From positions 57,216 through 121,215 of the forward strand of contig JANWWS010000028.1 of assembly GCA_025055765.1 (NCBI GenBank): 64,000 nt of DNA, in the 5' to 3' direction. Under the pieces are notes generated by a model. It ran no database searches. It was not told where the DNA came from and saw only the letters and a program-made list of their open reading frames with translations. The DNA is from Leptospiraceae bacterium. Lineage in GTDB: Bacteria; Spirochaetota; Leptospiria; Turneriellales; Turneriellaceae. The position numbers and the translations under genes were made by a program. Numbering within the stretch: the first letter of the stretch is position 1; each line of letters begins with the position of its first letter. Below, piece after piece: positions 40,617 to 50,595 of this stretch.

Positions 40617-41855
40617 ATGTTTCTTGCGGAAAGACTGCGTTTACTTGATTTTGCCCGGGCCGAGGCTTGGCTTTTATCCCAGGAGCTGGAAACAAACCTC
40701 CCCTTCTATCTCTCGGTGGATATCCGAGATTCGGGAACCAAAGCTCTGCCTGTAGATGCCAATCTTTATCCCGCTGGTTTTAACAATCTGCATCCAGATG
40801 ATAGTTACTATGTTCGGGAGGCCATACGAGAAGCTGTCGAAAAAAGAGCTGCGGGCGCACAAAAAATCCTTATTTTAATGGAGGAACACACGCGTAACCT
40901 CTGGTATCTCGAAAACGTATGGACTTTAAAGCAATTCCTAGAAAGCGCTGGCTATGTTACAGAGGTAAGTACCCCTCGGGATTTGGAGGGGGTAGTATAC
41001 CAAAATGGGCTCGTCTATTTAAAAACAGCTACAGGAAATATACTTCCGGTATGGCATTTTTCCCAATGTCTTAAAAGAAAATACGACCTTGCTATTTTAA
41101 ATCATGATTTGTCTTATGGTGTCCCAGCGGAGCTTGAGCAGCTAGGTTGTCCTATTTGCCCAAGCCCTCTTTTGGGCTGGCACCGAAGACGTAAGTCTCA
41201 TTTTTTTGCCGAGTACGACCTAGTTGTGGAAGAATTGGCAAAGCACTTAAGGGTGGAGAGCTTCTTCCTAAGAGCTAAGTATCTGCGGATAGATAACATA
41301 GATATCTTTTCTGAGAAAGATCGCTATTTTTTGGCGCAAAAGGCAACCCAACTTCTCGATGAGCTAAAAAGGGATTACCAAGAGCATGATATTTCGGAAA
41401 ATCCCTACCTTGTATTAAAATCAGACCATGGTACTTATGGCATGGGTGTTGTGACCATAGAACAAGGTGAGGAACTACTTTCTCTAAATCGTCGTGAGAA
41501 AAATCGTCTCTCGCACGGCAAAGGTGGCAAAGCCACTGAAGGTTTCGTACTGCAGGAAGGGATAGCGACCTCTCTTGCCTACGAAGGGTATCCAGCGGAA
41601 ATGGTGGTATACCAAATAGACCGCCAGGTAGTGGGTCAGTTTTTGCGCTACAATACCGAAAAAGATGTACGCCACAATCTCAATAGCACAGGTATGCGCT
41701 TTTTTTCTTTTAGCAAGCATGGTTCTTTTTTACCGCAGGGGGTGTTGCGTTTTTATGCCATTCTTTCCCGCTCCGCGATGCTTGCAGCAGCGCGAGAAGC
41801 CATGCGGGCTCAGGTCCTAGCTTGCGGGGGATATGAAATTTCTTTTTCTCATTGA
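40617..41855 (+). CDS. gshA: glutamate--cysteine ligase, ATP-grasp-like GshA type (T. ferrooxidans-type family)
   Basis: N-terminal FYLSVDIRDSGTKALPVDANLYPAGFNNL resembles my recollection of the PF08886/TIGR02049 family. The ATP-grasp-like core is LVLKSDHGTYGMGV. The gene overlaps gshB by 23 nt. Confidence 0.6.
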   Translation: MFLAERLRLLDFARAEAWLLSQELETNLPFYLSVDIRDSGTKALPVDANLYPAGFNNLHPDDSYYVREAIREAVEKRAAGAQKILILMEEHTRNLWYLENVWTLKQFLESAGYVTEVSTPRDLEGVVYQNGLVYLKTATGNILPVWHFSQCLKRKYDLAILNHDLSYGVPAELEQLGCPICPSPLLGWHRRRKSHFFAEYDLVVEELAKHLRVESFFLRAKYLRIDNIDIFSEKDRYFLAQKATQLLDELKRDYQEHDISENPYLVLKSDHGTYGMGVVTIEQGEELLSLNRREKNRLSHGKGGKATEGFVLQEGIATSLAYEGYPAEMVVYQIDRQVVGQFLRYNTEKDVRHNLNSTGMRFFSFSKHGSFLPQGVLRFYAILSRSAMLAAAREAMRAQVLACGGYEISFSH

Positions 41856-42792
41856 TCCCCCCTCCTCCCTTCATCCGGAAAAAGATACCTCCCTTGCTCT
41901 TATGGCAGCAGCAAAAGAAAGGGGTGAAGTCTACTACACCACATGGGGAGGCTTTCACTTAGAAAATAGCGAGATATATTTTGCAGCCCAGAAAATCACA
42001 GTTAATCTTGATGGAAAAAAGGCAGTTTTTGTTTTAGGTGAAAAAGAGCTTTTATGCGCTCAAGAGCTCGATGTTTTCTTTATTCGCACGGATCCTCCTT
42101 TTGATTTAAACTATCTTGTGCATTGTTGGCTCTTAGACTACCTTCCTCCTCATGTAGCAGTAATTAACGAACCAAGAGCTCTAAGTCTTTTCAATGAAAA
42201 AATCTTTGCGCTGCGCTTTCGCTCGCTTATCCCCGATACGGTTATCACCAAAGACAAAAAGATCTTTCAAAATTTTTTGGATAAACACAAAACCATAGTG
42301 GCTAAGAGCATCCACGGCTTTGGTGGAAGTCAGGTTTTTCTCGTACATCACCGTGACCTAAACCGCCATGTAATTTTTGAAACCCTTGCTCAAAAGGGAG
42401 AGTATGTTCTATTACAAGAGTATATCCCACAAGCAAGTGAAGGAGATAAGCGTATTCTGATACTGGGTCAAAGAATCTTAGGCTGTATCTTGCGTGTACA
42501 TGCCGAAGGGGATCACCGCAATAATTTTGCAGCTGGGGGCAAGGCTTTTCCCTGTGAATTAACGAAACGAGATCAGGAAATCGTAGATCAGGTAAGTCAG
42601 GTTATTTTCCCCATGGGAATTCATTTTGCAGGTCTTGATATCCTAGGTAGCTACTTAACAGAAATTAATGTTACCTCACCAACCTGTCTTAGGGAAATGA
42701 ACTTACTTTACGGTGTAAGTCTCGAAAAGGAGGTGATAGACTATGCGATAAAGCTCTCGCAGGACAGGAAAAGGCAGTATGGCCCATTATAA
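41833..42792 (+). CDS. gshB: glutathione synthetase (prokaryotic ATP-grasp type)
   Basis: Collinear with E. coli GshB: MKF..IDP......KDTSLALM, RTDPPFD, and an ATP-grasp C-terminal half. Confidence 0.9.
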   Translation: MKFLFLIDPPSSLHPEKDTSLALMAAAKERGEVYYTTWGGFHLENSEIYFAAQKITVNLDGKKAVFVLGEKELLCAQELDVFFIRTDPPFDLNYLVHCWLLDYLPPHVAVINEPRALSLFNEKIFALRFRSLIPDTVITKDKKIFQNFLDKHKTIVAKSIHGFGGSQVFLVHHRDLNRHVIFETLAQKGEYVLLQEYIPQASEGDKRILILGQRILGCILRVHAEGDHRNNFAAGGKAFPCELTKRDQEIVDQVSQVIFPMGIHFAGLDILGSYLTEINVTSPTCLREMNLLYGVSLEKEVIDYAIKLSQDRKRQYGPL

Positions 42793-43429
42793 ATTAGTAA
42801 GTTTTAAACTCTGTCCCTTCGTGCAGCGATCTGTAATAGTCTTAAAAATGAAAAAAGTCCCTTTTGACGTTATTTATATAGATCTCGAAAATAAGCCTGA
42901 TTGGTTCTTAAAGCTTTCCCCAACAGGGAAGGTGCCTCTCTTGCAAGTCAATGGTGAGGTCCTTTTTGAGTCGGCCATCATTAATGAATATCTAGATGAG
43001 ACAAATCCCCCCTCTCTTCATCCAAGCGATCCCCTCGAGCGAGCAAAAAACAGAGCCTGGATTGAGTTTTTCTCTCAGTTGTTTTCCAAATTTTACCAAA
43101 TGTGCCATGCCAAGGAAAAAAGCGATTATGAGACATATCTGGGAGAGCTGCGACAAGCACTCTTGCGCATTCAAAAAGAACTTAAGCTACCTTACTTTAA
43201 TGGACCCAGTTTTTCGCTCGCCGATGCAGCTATTGCTCCTCTTTTTAGTCGTTTATCGCTTTTAGAGCACATACTTCCGGGTTTTTGGGACAGTCTAGAC
43301 GAGGTAAAGTCCTACAGCGCTAACCTCCTGAGTCTTCGGGAAGTAAAGGAAAGTGTTCTGCCCGATTTTGGCGAGGAATTTTGCCGCAATCTTCAAAATA
43401 AAGGAAGCTTCCTTGGCCTGTGCTTATGA
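42779..43429 (+). CDS. glutathione S-transferase (Cys-type N-terminal active site)
   Basis: CPFVQR in a thioredoxin-like N-domain, GKVPLL, ESAIINEYLDE, and a helical C-domain. Confidence 0.8.
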   Translation: MAHYKLVSFKLCPFVQRSVIVLKMKKVPFDVIYIDLENKPDWFLKLSPTGKVPLLQVNGEVLFESAIINEYLDETNPPSLHPSDPLERAKNRAWIEFFSQLFSKFYQMCHAKEKSDYETYLGELRQALLRIQKELKLPYFNGPSFSLADAAIAPLFSRLSLLEHILPGFWDSLDEVKSYSANLLSLREVKESVLPDFGEEFCRNLQNKGSFLGLCL

Positions 43430-44355
43430 GTTCTTGGGCTCTTGAAGTTAGAAATTTAAGAAAGGTATATGAAAATGGTCGAGAGGCGCTTAAGGGTATT
43501 AACCTCACAATACCCATAGGTGATTTTTTTGGTCTTTTAGGACCCAATGGAGCTGGAAAATCGACTTTAATTTCCATTTTGGTATCGCTCACCCGCAAGA
43601 CCGAGGGTAAAGTGAGGATTTTTGGAGTGGATATTGACGAGGATTTTCCCCTGGCACGCAAAAAAATCGGGATCGTGCCCCAAGAGTTTAATTTTAACAT
43701 TTTTGAAAAGGTTTTGCAGATTGTAGCCAACCAAGCTGGTTATTATGGCCTTTCCTATAGGCAAGCAAAAGAAAGAGCAGAGTATGTCTTGCAGGAGTTG
43801 CAACTCTATGAAAAACGCCACGAGCAGGCCCGAGTTCTCTCAGGGGGGATGAAGCGCAGGCTTATGATTGCTCGAGCCCTAGTGCACGATCCTGCATTTC
43901 TTATATTAGATGAACCAACGGCTGGTGTCGATTTGGAATTACGAAGACAACTTTGGCACTATCTCGAAAAACTAAATGCTCAAGGAAAGACAATCTTACT
44001 TACCACTCATTACTTAGAAGAAGCAGAAAGCCTCTGCCGGCACATTGCCATAATTCGCGACGGGGAAGTCGTTGCATGTAAAGATAAAAAATCGCTATTG
44101 GCTATGCTTGATACGACAACTTTAGTTCTTGAGTTAGAAAGACCTTTAAAGCGCCAAATTTCTCTACCTGGTGTATCGGTAAACCAAATAGATGCAGAAA
44201 CGATTGAGCTTACCTTTCCCTCCAGGGTGCCTATGAGCAAAATCATGAAGCTGCTTGAAAGAAAACAAATTAGCTTCTGTTCCGTGAAAAACAAAACAAA
44301 TCGCCTAGAAGAGCTTTTTCTTATGCTTACTCAAAAAGAGGAAAGCCATGGATAG
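43420..44355 (+). CDS. ABC transporter ATP-binding protein (ABC-2 exporter type)
   Basis: Walker A GPNGAGKST, signature LSGGMKRRL, Walker B ILDEPTAGVD. Confidence 0.85.
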   Translation: MLMSSWALEVRNLRKVYENGREALKGINLTIPIGDFFGLLGPNGAGKSTLISILVSLTRKTEGKVRIFGVDIDEDFPLARKKIGIVPQEFNFNIFEKVLQIVANQAGYYGLSYRQAKERAEYVLQELQLYEKRHEQARVLSGGMKRRLMIARALVHDPAFLILDEPTAGVDLELRRQLWHYLEKLNAQGKTILLTTHYLEEAESLCRHIAIIRDGEVVACKDKKSLLAMLDTTTLVLELERPLKRQISLPGVSVNQIDAETIELTFPSRVPMSKIMKLLERKQISFCSVKNKTNRLEELFLMLTQKEESHG

Positions 44356-45121
44356 GGGGGAACGTACAGCCTATGTTACTATTGTCCGCAAAGAAGTAGT
44401 ACGCATATTTCGGATCTGGTCCCAAACCTTGCTGCCTAGTGTCATCACTACCTCGCTTTATCTTCTTGTTTTCGGAAAACTAATAGGCTCTCGCCTTCCT
44501 CTTGAGCAAAAGGTAAACTATCTGCAGTTTATCTCACCTGGACTCATCTTAATGGCTGTCATCACGAACTCCTATGGAAATACGAGTGCCTCTTTTTTTG
44601 GAGCCAAGTTTTCCCGTAGTATCGAGGAACTTTTGGTTTCCCCTATGAGTAGTCATACTCTAATTTTAGGCTATCTCACAGGTGGTGTTTTACGGGGAGT
44701 TTTTGTGGCAACCCTAGTGAGTCTTGTTACTTATTTTATTGGTGGAAACCTAGAACTGCGCCATCCCTTCTGGGCCCTTGTGATTCTTCTCGAAGTCTCT
44801 CTTTTTTTTGCGCTGCTTGGCTTTTTAAATGGGCTTTTAGCTAAAGATTTTGATGATATTAATTTTATCCCAACTTTTTTTCTCACACCCTTGACCTATC
44901 TTGGTGGGATTTTCTATTCTATGGATATGCTGCCGCCCTGGTGGCAGCTTCTATCGCATTTTAATCCCGTTTATTACATGATTTCGTCTTTTCGCTATGC
45001 GTTAATTGAAGCGGGGGAGGATACGATTATGCTTACCTTTATTTTTTTGCCTTTACTGTTAACCCTGCTTTATTTTGCCAGCTACTACCTTGTGCAAAAA
45101 AGTAGCGCCTTACGCCACTAA
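44348..45121 (+). CDS. ABC-2 family transporter permease
   Basis: 257 aa with six predicted TM helices. Overlaps the ATPase gene by 8 nt. Confidence 0.8.
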   Translation: MDRGERTAYVTIVRKEVVRIFRIWSQTLLPSVITTSLYLLVFGKLIGSRLPLEQKVNYLQFISPGLILMAVITNSYGNTSASFFGAKFSRSIEELLVSPMSSHTLILGYLTGGVLRGVFVATLVSLVTYFIGGNLELRHPFWALVILLEVSLFFALLGFLNGLLAKDFDDINFIPTFFLTPLTYLGGIFYSMDMLPPWWQLLSHFNPVYYMISSFRYALIEAGEDTIMLTFIFLPLLLTLLYFASYYLVQKSSALRH

Positions 45122-45142
45122 ATAGAATAGCGACGAAACACA

Positions 45143-46297
45143 ATGGGCAAGACAAAAAGGTCATTTACAGCCAGTGGTGCCCGGCTTGGCATTTTAGGGG
45201 GTGGCCAACTTGGCAGGATGCTCATTCGCTATGCCATGGATCTTAATATCCATCCCCTGGTGCTCGATCCTGATCCAAGCTGTGCTGCCCATCGCTTTGC
45301 CTATGAGTTCACCACGGGTTCTCTCCTTGATTTTGAAACTGTTTGCCGCTTTGGGCGCACATGTGATGTGCTTACATTCGAAATAGAAAATGTGAATAGC
45401 CAGGCTCTGGCAGAACTTGTAGATGAGGGAATTGCTGTATATCCCCAACCCAACATCTTAGAAATAATCCAAGACAAAGGCACTCAAAAGCTTTTTCTTA
45501 AAAAACATCATATCCCCACCGCTCCCTTTTTTTTAGTAAAAGACCGACAGGAAGCTATAGAAAAGATAAAGGATTTGCCAAAGGTGGTCAAGTTGCGCCG
45601 CTCAGGTTATGATGGCCGCGGTGTCCTCAAGATCCGTGATGAGAAGGAGCTTACGCAAATTTTCGATGCTCCCTGTGTAGTTGAAGATTTTGTTCCTGTT
45701 TTTAGGGAAATAGCGGTTCTTTTGGCGCGCAACAGGAGGGGGGAATGTGCCATTTACCCACCTGTGGAACAGGTATTTCACCCAACAAAAAATATACTGC
45801 AGTATTTGCGTTCGCCGGCACAGTTACCCCAAGCCTGGCAGCAAAGGGCATTGGCTTTGGCTCAAAAAATAGCGGAGAAATTAAAATTAGTGGGACTTTT
45901 AGCTGTCGAAATGTTTGTAACACAAAATGGCGACATCTATGTAAATGAGCTTTCTCCCCGTCCTCATAACAGTGGGCACCATACAATAGAAGCCAATGAA
46001 ACCTCTCAATACGAACAACTCTTGCGCTGTCTTTTCCACCTTCCCTTAGGGGATACATCCCCCAAAAGCGCAGCTGTCATGGTCAATCTCTTAGGAGAGC
46101 CTGGTTATGAGGGCAAGCCGCGTTATCTAGGTTTAGAAAAAGCTCTTGCCCTTAAGGGTGTACATGTGCATCTTTATGGCAAGGCCCATACTCGCCCCTT
46201 TCGTAAAATGGGTCATGTGACGGTAACAGCCCCTACTCTAGAAGAAGCTGAGGATATTGCACAAAAAATTCTAAAAAAAGTTAAGGTGGTGGCATGA
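45143..46297 (+). CDS. purK: N5-carboxyaminoimidazole ribonucleotide synthase
   Basis: [12 protein letters not shown]-terminus, ATP-grasp core, SPRPHNSGH motif. Confidence 0.9.
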   Translation: MGKTKRSFTASGARLGILGGGQLGRMLIRYAMDLNIHPLVLDPDPSCAAHRFAYEFTTGSLLDFETVCRFGRTCDVLTFEIENVNSQALAELVDEGIAVYPQPNILEIIQDKGTQKLFLKKHHIPTAPFFLVKDRQEAIEKIKDLPKVVKLRRSGYDGRGVLKIRDEKELTQIFDAPCVVEDFVPVFREIAVLLARNRRGECAIYPPVEQVFHPTKNILQYLRSPAQLPQAWQQRALALAQKIAEKLKLVGLLAVEMFVTQNGDIYVNELSPRPHNSGHHTIEANETSQYEQLLRCLFHLPLGDTSPKSAAVMVNLLGEPGYEGKPRYLGLEKALALKGVHVHLYGKAHTRPFRKMGHVTVTAPTLEEAEDIAQKILKKVKVVA

Positions 46298-46794
46298 AAA
46301 CCGAGGTGTCTATTATCATGGGAAGTCTCTCGGATTTTAAGACAATGGAAGAGGCGGTCCATGTTTTAGAGGAATTTGGTGTTCATTACGAAGTTAAAAT
46401 TGTCTCTGCTCACCGTACCCCCGAGCTCATGATGGATTTTGCGAGGAAAGCCAGAGATAGAGGGGTAGAAGTCATTATAGCGGGAGCTGGGGGAGCGGCC
46501 CATCTACCCGGTATGGTGGCTTCACTTACCACCCTTCCTGTAATTGGGGTACCTGTTGTCTCGTCGCAGTCGCTATTGGGCATAGATAGTTTGCTCTCTA
46601 TAGTGCAAATGCCTGCTGGGGTACCTGTGGGCACTGTTGGCATTGGCAATGCCCGCAATGCAGCTCTTTTAGCTATACGTATCTTGGCTTTGACGAGACC
46701 AGATTTGACGCAAAAACTTGCGGATTTTGCTAAGAAGCAAGAGCAAAAGGTGGTCCATGACAACCAAGAACTCAACAAAAATAAAGACAATTGA
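46294..46794 (+). CDS. purE: N5-carboxyaminoimidazole ribonucleotide mutase
   Basis: IMGSLSD, SAHRTP and [11 protein letters not shown] motifs. Overlaps the purK stop (ATGA). Confidence 0.95.
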   Translation: MKTEVSIIMGSLSDFKTMEEAVHVLEEFGVHYEVKIVSAHRTPELMMDFARKARDRGVEVIIAGAGGAAHLPGMVASLTTLPVIGVPVVSSQSLLGIDSLLSIVQMPAGVPVGTVGIGNARNAALLAIRILALTRPDLTQKLADFAKKQEQKVVHDNQELNKNKDN

Positions 46795-47410
46795 TCCTCA
46801 CGAGCTCTACCGCTTGCTAAAAAAACACTATGGAATTCCCAAACCTCCGTTAAAATTCCGCAATCCTGAAGAGTTGGCCATAGCTGTCATTCTCTCAGCT
46901 CAATGCACCGATGAACGAGTCAATGCTGTCACTCCAGAGCTTTTTCGGCGGTTTCCTGATATGAAGGCGCTAGCTCAAGCCTCCATTGAAGAAGTGGAGC
47001 AGCTCATATACTCCACAGGTTTTTACCGAAATAAAGCCAGGAATATTGTACGCCTGGCCCAAATTGTTGTGGAAAATTATAACGGCCATATACCTCCTGA
47101 CTTCGAGGTCTTGCAAAAGCTACCTGGTATTGGGCGCAAGAGTGCCAATGTCATCATGAACATGGCTTTTCAAAAAGCTCCCGGTATTGTGGTTGACACT
47201 CATGTGCTGCGCTTAAGCCGCCGGTTTGGTTATAGTGAAGGCAAAAACCCCCGAAAGACAGAGCGAGAGCTTATGCAAATTATTCCCAAAAGATATTGGC
47301 TTAATTTTTCTCTGTATCTTATTTATCACGGCCGAAAATATTGCCGTGCTCGCAAGCCACTTTGTAGCGAATGTTTTTTAAATAAAATTTGCCCTGCAGC
47401 TATGAGGTGA
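46757..47410 (+). CDS. nth: endonuclease III
   Basis: HhH-GPD ([11 protein letters not shown]) and the C-terminal 4Fe-4S cysteine cluster C-x6-C-x2-C-x5-C. I place the start at ATG 46757 rather than the track's 46718. Confidence 0.9.
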   Translation: MTTKNSTKIKTIDPHELYRLLKKHYGIPKPPLKFRNPEELAIAVILSAQCTDERVNAVTPELFRRFPDMKALAQASIEEVEQLIYSTGFYRNKARNIVRLAQIVVENYNGHIPPDFEVLQKLPGIGRKSANVIMNMAFQKAPGIVVDTHVLRLSRRFGYSEGKNPRKTERELMQIIPKRYWLNFSLYLIYHGRKYCRARKPLCSECFLNKICPAAMR

Positions 47411-47681
47411 GGATGTCCTCTTTTTCAAAGTTTTTTTCCACAAGCTCCACGAGGGCATTTACGGCTTCATCTTCTTTTTCTCCCTCTGCCGTAATGATGA
47501 TGGTACTACCACGAGTAAGGGCTAACATCATTAATCCCATAATGCTTTTGCCGTTAATTTTGACCCCCTCTCTTTCGACATAAATGTCGCAGGGGAAGCG
47601 GTTGGCTAGTTTTACAAACATGGCAGCAGGTCTTGCATGTACACCTGTTTCTGTGCGGATAGTTACCGATCGGGAAACCAT
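47400..47681 (-). CDS. ptsH: phosphocarrier protein HPr
   Basis: His-15 region TGVHARPA and Ser-46 region INGKSIMGLM. Confidence 0.9.
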   Translation of the reverse strand: MVSRSVTIRTETGVHARPAAMFVKLANRFPCDIYVEREGVKINGKSIMGLMMLALTRGSTIIITAEGEKEDEAVNALVELVEKNFEKEDILTS

Positions 47682-47682
47682 G

Positions 47683-48624
47683 TTATTCTTTTCGGCTGCG
47701 CTCGTGTAATATTTTAAGTAGCCGCTCGTTAAATTCTCTGGCTGGATGGTGCCCCATCATTTTTAAGCGATAGTTTTTGGCTGCTGTTTCAATAAGAATA
47801 GGGAGGTTTCTGCCAGGCCTAACTGGGATCGTGAGACTTGCCACAGGTACACCCAGAATTTCTTCGTAGGTGTCTTCGAGACCCAGTCGGTCATATTCTT
47901 TGCTCGCATCCCAATCCTCAAGATGAATGAGCAGGTCAATTCTTTTTCCACGCCGCACCGAGCCTGCACCAAAAAGATCTTTAATGTTTATAATACCAAG
48001 ACCTCGGATTTCCATATGATGTTCGATAGTCTCCGAGACAAAACCATAAAGGCGGCTTTCGTCACGACATATTATGTACACAACGTCGTCTGCGACAAGT
48101 CGGTGGCCTCTTTCAACAAGCTCGAGAGCTGTTTCACTCTTACCCACTCCACTTTTGCCTTGGATGAGTACGCCTACTCCAAAGACTTCAACAAGAACGC
48201 CGTGGATGGTAGTAGATGGTGCTAGTTTTTCATCTAGAAAGTCCGAGATTTTTACAATAAATTTATGGGTGGTAAGCGGCGTTTTAAAAATAGCTACTTT
48301 TTTTTCCCGGGCCATTTTGAGAAAAAAATCAGGGGGCTCATGAGCATGTGTAAAAACACAACTTACTAAATCATAGGAAAAAAAAATCTTAAGGGGCTCC
48401 TCTAATTCCTTAGGTGAGGCACTCATAATATACGACCATTCACCCTGGCCAAAGAGTTGGATGCGCTCGTGAGCAAAAAAGTGGAAAAAGCCCGTTAAAG
48501 CAAGGCCAGGTCTATTTACTTCAGCATCTTTAATTTCCGCATCCAGATTGGCGTCCTCATTGAGCAACTCAATTTTAAAAAGATCTCGGTGTTTTAATAA
48601 ATCGCGAACAAATACTCGGCCCAT
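47683..48624 (-). CDS. hprK: HPr kinase/phosphorylase
   Basis: Walker A GKSGVGKSE, LVADD, HHMEIRGLGIINI signature. Confidence 0.92.
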   Translation of the reverse strand: MGRVFVRDLLKHRDLFKIELLNEDANLDAEIKDAEVNRPGLALTGFFHFFAHERIQLFGQGEWSYIMSASPKELEEPLKIFFSYDLVSCVFTHAHEPPDFFLKMAREKKVAIFKTPLTTHKFIVKISDFLDEKLAPSTTIHGVLVEVFGVGVLIQGKSGVGKSETALELVERGHRLVADDVVYIICRDESRLYGFVSETIEHHMEIRGLGIINIKDLFGAGSVRRGKRIDLLIHLEDWDASKEYDRLGLEDTYEEILGVPVASLTIPVRPGRNLPILIETAAKNYRLKMMGHHPAREFNERLLKILHERSRKE

Positions 48625-49367
48625 TATTGTGCTGGCCTTTGGATAATAAGCGAGCCTCGCTTGTCGCGAAATAATATGTTCATTTTTTTGCTGTCCTCAT
48701 TGACAAAAATCAAGAACTCAAGATGATTCTCAAGAAGTTTATCAACAGCTTCTGCCACGCTAAGTTGTGCCATGGGATAAAGAGAGATACTTACTTTTTC
48801 TAAGTCATTCCCTTTCAGGCGTACCACCGTTTCTTGGTAATTACCGGGCTCCCCTAGGGGAGAGATGATAGAGTATTTGCCATCTGGTCTCACCACAGCT
48901 GCGCTATAGCGTTCTTGGGTAGATTTGTGGTACATAAAAAAGCGGTAGCGATTTGCTTTGAGTTGTAATATGGCTTCTACATCATCCATGGGTTTTGCTG
49001 GAGCATCATAGACCATAATCTCTTCAGGGTTTATCTCAACACTTTCCACCTTTGGGATAACATCTTCGGGCAGCGGGGCAGATTTCTCATCAATTTTCTT
49101 GTGATAGCGATCTATCTGCTTGTTTAAGGCAGCAATGGCGTTATCAATAGCGGCATAAAGATCCTTGTCAATTTTCTTTAAGTGAAAAACCCTCGCATCG
49201 GCATGTATAGTTACCTCAAAAATTTGATTTTGCCTTTCCAAAGCAAAGCGTACATCTATGCCCTCAATGTGATGGAGCCTAGACTTTACTTTTTCTAGTT
49301 TTTCCTGAGCATAACTTTTCAAAGCATCGGTGGCTTCTAGGTTCTTAAAGTAATAAGTTACATTCAT
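48624..49367 (-). CDS. hpf: ribosome hibernation promoting factor, long form with apparently duplicated C-terminal domain
   Basis: S30AE N-domain (MNVTYYFKNLEATDALKSYAQEKL...). Two consecutive segments match the long-HPF C-terminal domain pattern (see finding). Start taken at ATG 49367; the track ORF begins at 49391. Confidence 0.85.
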   Translation of the reverse strand: MNVTYYFKNLEATDALKSYAQEKLEKVKSRLHHIEGIDVRFALERQNQIFEVTIHADARVFHLKKIDKDLYAAIDNAIAALNKQIDRYHKKIDEKSAPLPEDVIPKVESVEINPEEIMVYDAPAKPMDDVEAILQLKANRYRFFMYHKSTQERYSAAVVRPDGKYSIISPLGEPGNYQETVVRLKGNDLEKVSISLYPMAQLSVAEAVDKLLENHLEFLIFVNEDSKKMNILFRDKRGSLIIQRPAQ

Positions 49368-49407
49368 AGAGGCGCACAAGCATGCTCGCAACAGCTGTCA
49401 AGGATTT

Positions 49408-50595
49408 TTGCGAAAAAAGACAAATTGTTATTTGACAGGAAAACGCCATCCAAGATTATGTCGCCTAACCTTGGGGGGGTTTTTGGCGAGGCAGTTTTCT
49501 TACGACGAGGCTTATGAATTCCTAGATATCAGTCGTTTTTTGCCATATGCAGTTTTGGCGCTTTTCCTGTTGCTAGGCTTTTTCACTTTTCTTATTTACA
49601 GCGGTTATATCATGGCCTTTTTTCTCGCCTTAATTTTTTATCTTCTTTTTCGTAAGGTACATCGCCAGATACTTAAGTGGACAGGGGTAAGGCGTACTCT
49701 AGCTGCTCTTCTTTCAACTCTAATTGTACTGATTGCGGTGATGATACCGTCAATTTTAGCTACCCTGGAACTTGCAGAACAGGCCTATGCGGTTTACCTA
49801 GAGCTACGTGATTTTGTGCTCTCAAGTCGCATACTAGAAATCATAGGCAGTAACGAAAAGCTCAGCCAATATATTCCCATGGGGCCTGAGCAGCTCATGA
49901 GATTGCAGGAATTCTTTGCTCAACTTACGCAAAAACTTGGTATAGAAACCCTTAAGAGAGGTGGCGATATCCTTTTAGCGGTGGGCCGTATTTTGTTAAA
50001 TTTTGTTTTTTCTATTTTTATTTTGTTTTTTCTTTTCCGGGGGGGTGACCGAATAGGTCCTATTCTTTACCGGAGCCTCCCCTTTCCCGATGCTATGGAG
50101 AGGGCGCTTGGAGAAAGAATGCTTGCGATCTTAGATGCCGTCTTGCAAGGAAGTCTTCTTATTTCTCTGGCTCATGCTACTACGATTACACTTTATTTCT
50201 GGATATTTGGTATTAAGAATCCCTTACTATATGGTTTTTTGGCAGGTATTTTTTCTTTAGTTCCGGTGATTGGCACGGCGATTATATGGCTACCTGCTGC
50301 CATTTATCTTTATGTCCATAATGAGACCTCCGCCGCTATTGCTCTGGGGGTTCTGTCCCTGAGTACCTTTATTTTGCTAGAAAATCTCGTGCGCCCACTT
50401 TTGCTCGACAAAAAGTTAAACCTACACCCCCTATTCCTCTTCTTAGCTATCTTAGGGGGTCTTCAGCAATTTGGGATAAAAGGCCTTATTTTGGGGCCTT
50501 TTCTGGTGACCCTTTTCCTTAGTTTTTGGGAAATGATTTCCTTTTGGAATGAAAACTACCAACGCATGAAGAAAAAAAATGCAAATGCATCTTAA
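49408..50595 (+). CDS. AI-2E family transporter (PerM/YhhT-like)
   Basis: Multi-TM protein with the GDRIGP..., VPVIGTAIIWLPAAIYL and GGLQQFGIKGLILGP patterns typical of PF01594. Start codon is uncertain; the track start is TTG. Confidence 0.75.
   Translation: MRKKTNCYLTGKRHPRLCRLTLGGFLARQFSYDEAYEFLDISRFLPYAVLALFLLLGFFTFLIYSGYIMAFFLALIFYLLFRKVHRQILKWTGVRRTLAALLSTLIVLIAVMIPSILATLELAEQAYAVYLELRDFVLSSRILEIIGSNEKLSQYIPMGPEQLMRLQEFFAQLTQKLGIETLKRGGDILLAVGRILLNFVFSIFILFFLFRGGDRIGPILYRSLPFPDAMERALGERMLAILDAVLQGSLLISLAHATTITLYFWIFGIKNPLLYGFLAGIFSLVPVIGTAIIWLPAAIYLYVHNETSAAIALGVLSLSTFILLENLVRPLLLDKKLNLHPLFLFLAILGGLQQFGIKGLILGPFLVTLFLSFWEMISFWNENYQRMKKKNANAS

Noticed and set aside
43320-43730. 136-aa minus-strand ORF across the GST/ABC-ATPase junction
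   Set aside because: It is antisense to two well-supported genes and has no motifs.
45702-46058. 118-aa minus-strand ORF antisense to purK
   Set aside because: It is a shadow ORF inside a confident gene.
46410-46790. 126-aa minus-strand ORF antisense to purE
   Set aside because: purE is unambiguous. The antisense frame stays open because of the codon bias of the Gly/Ala-rich purE.
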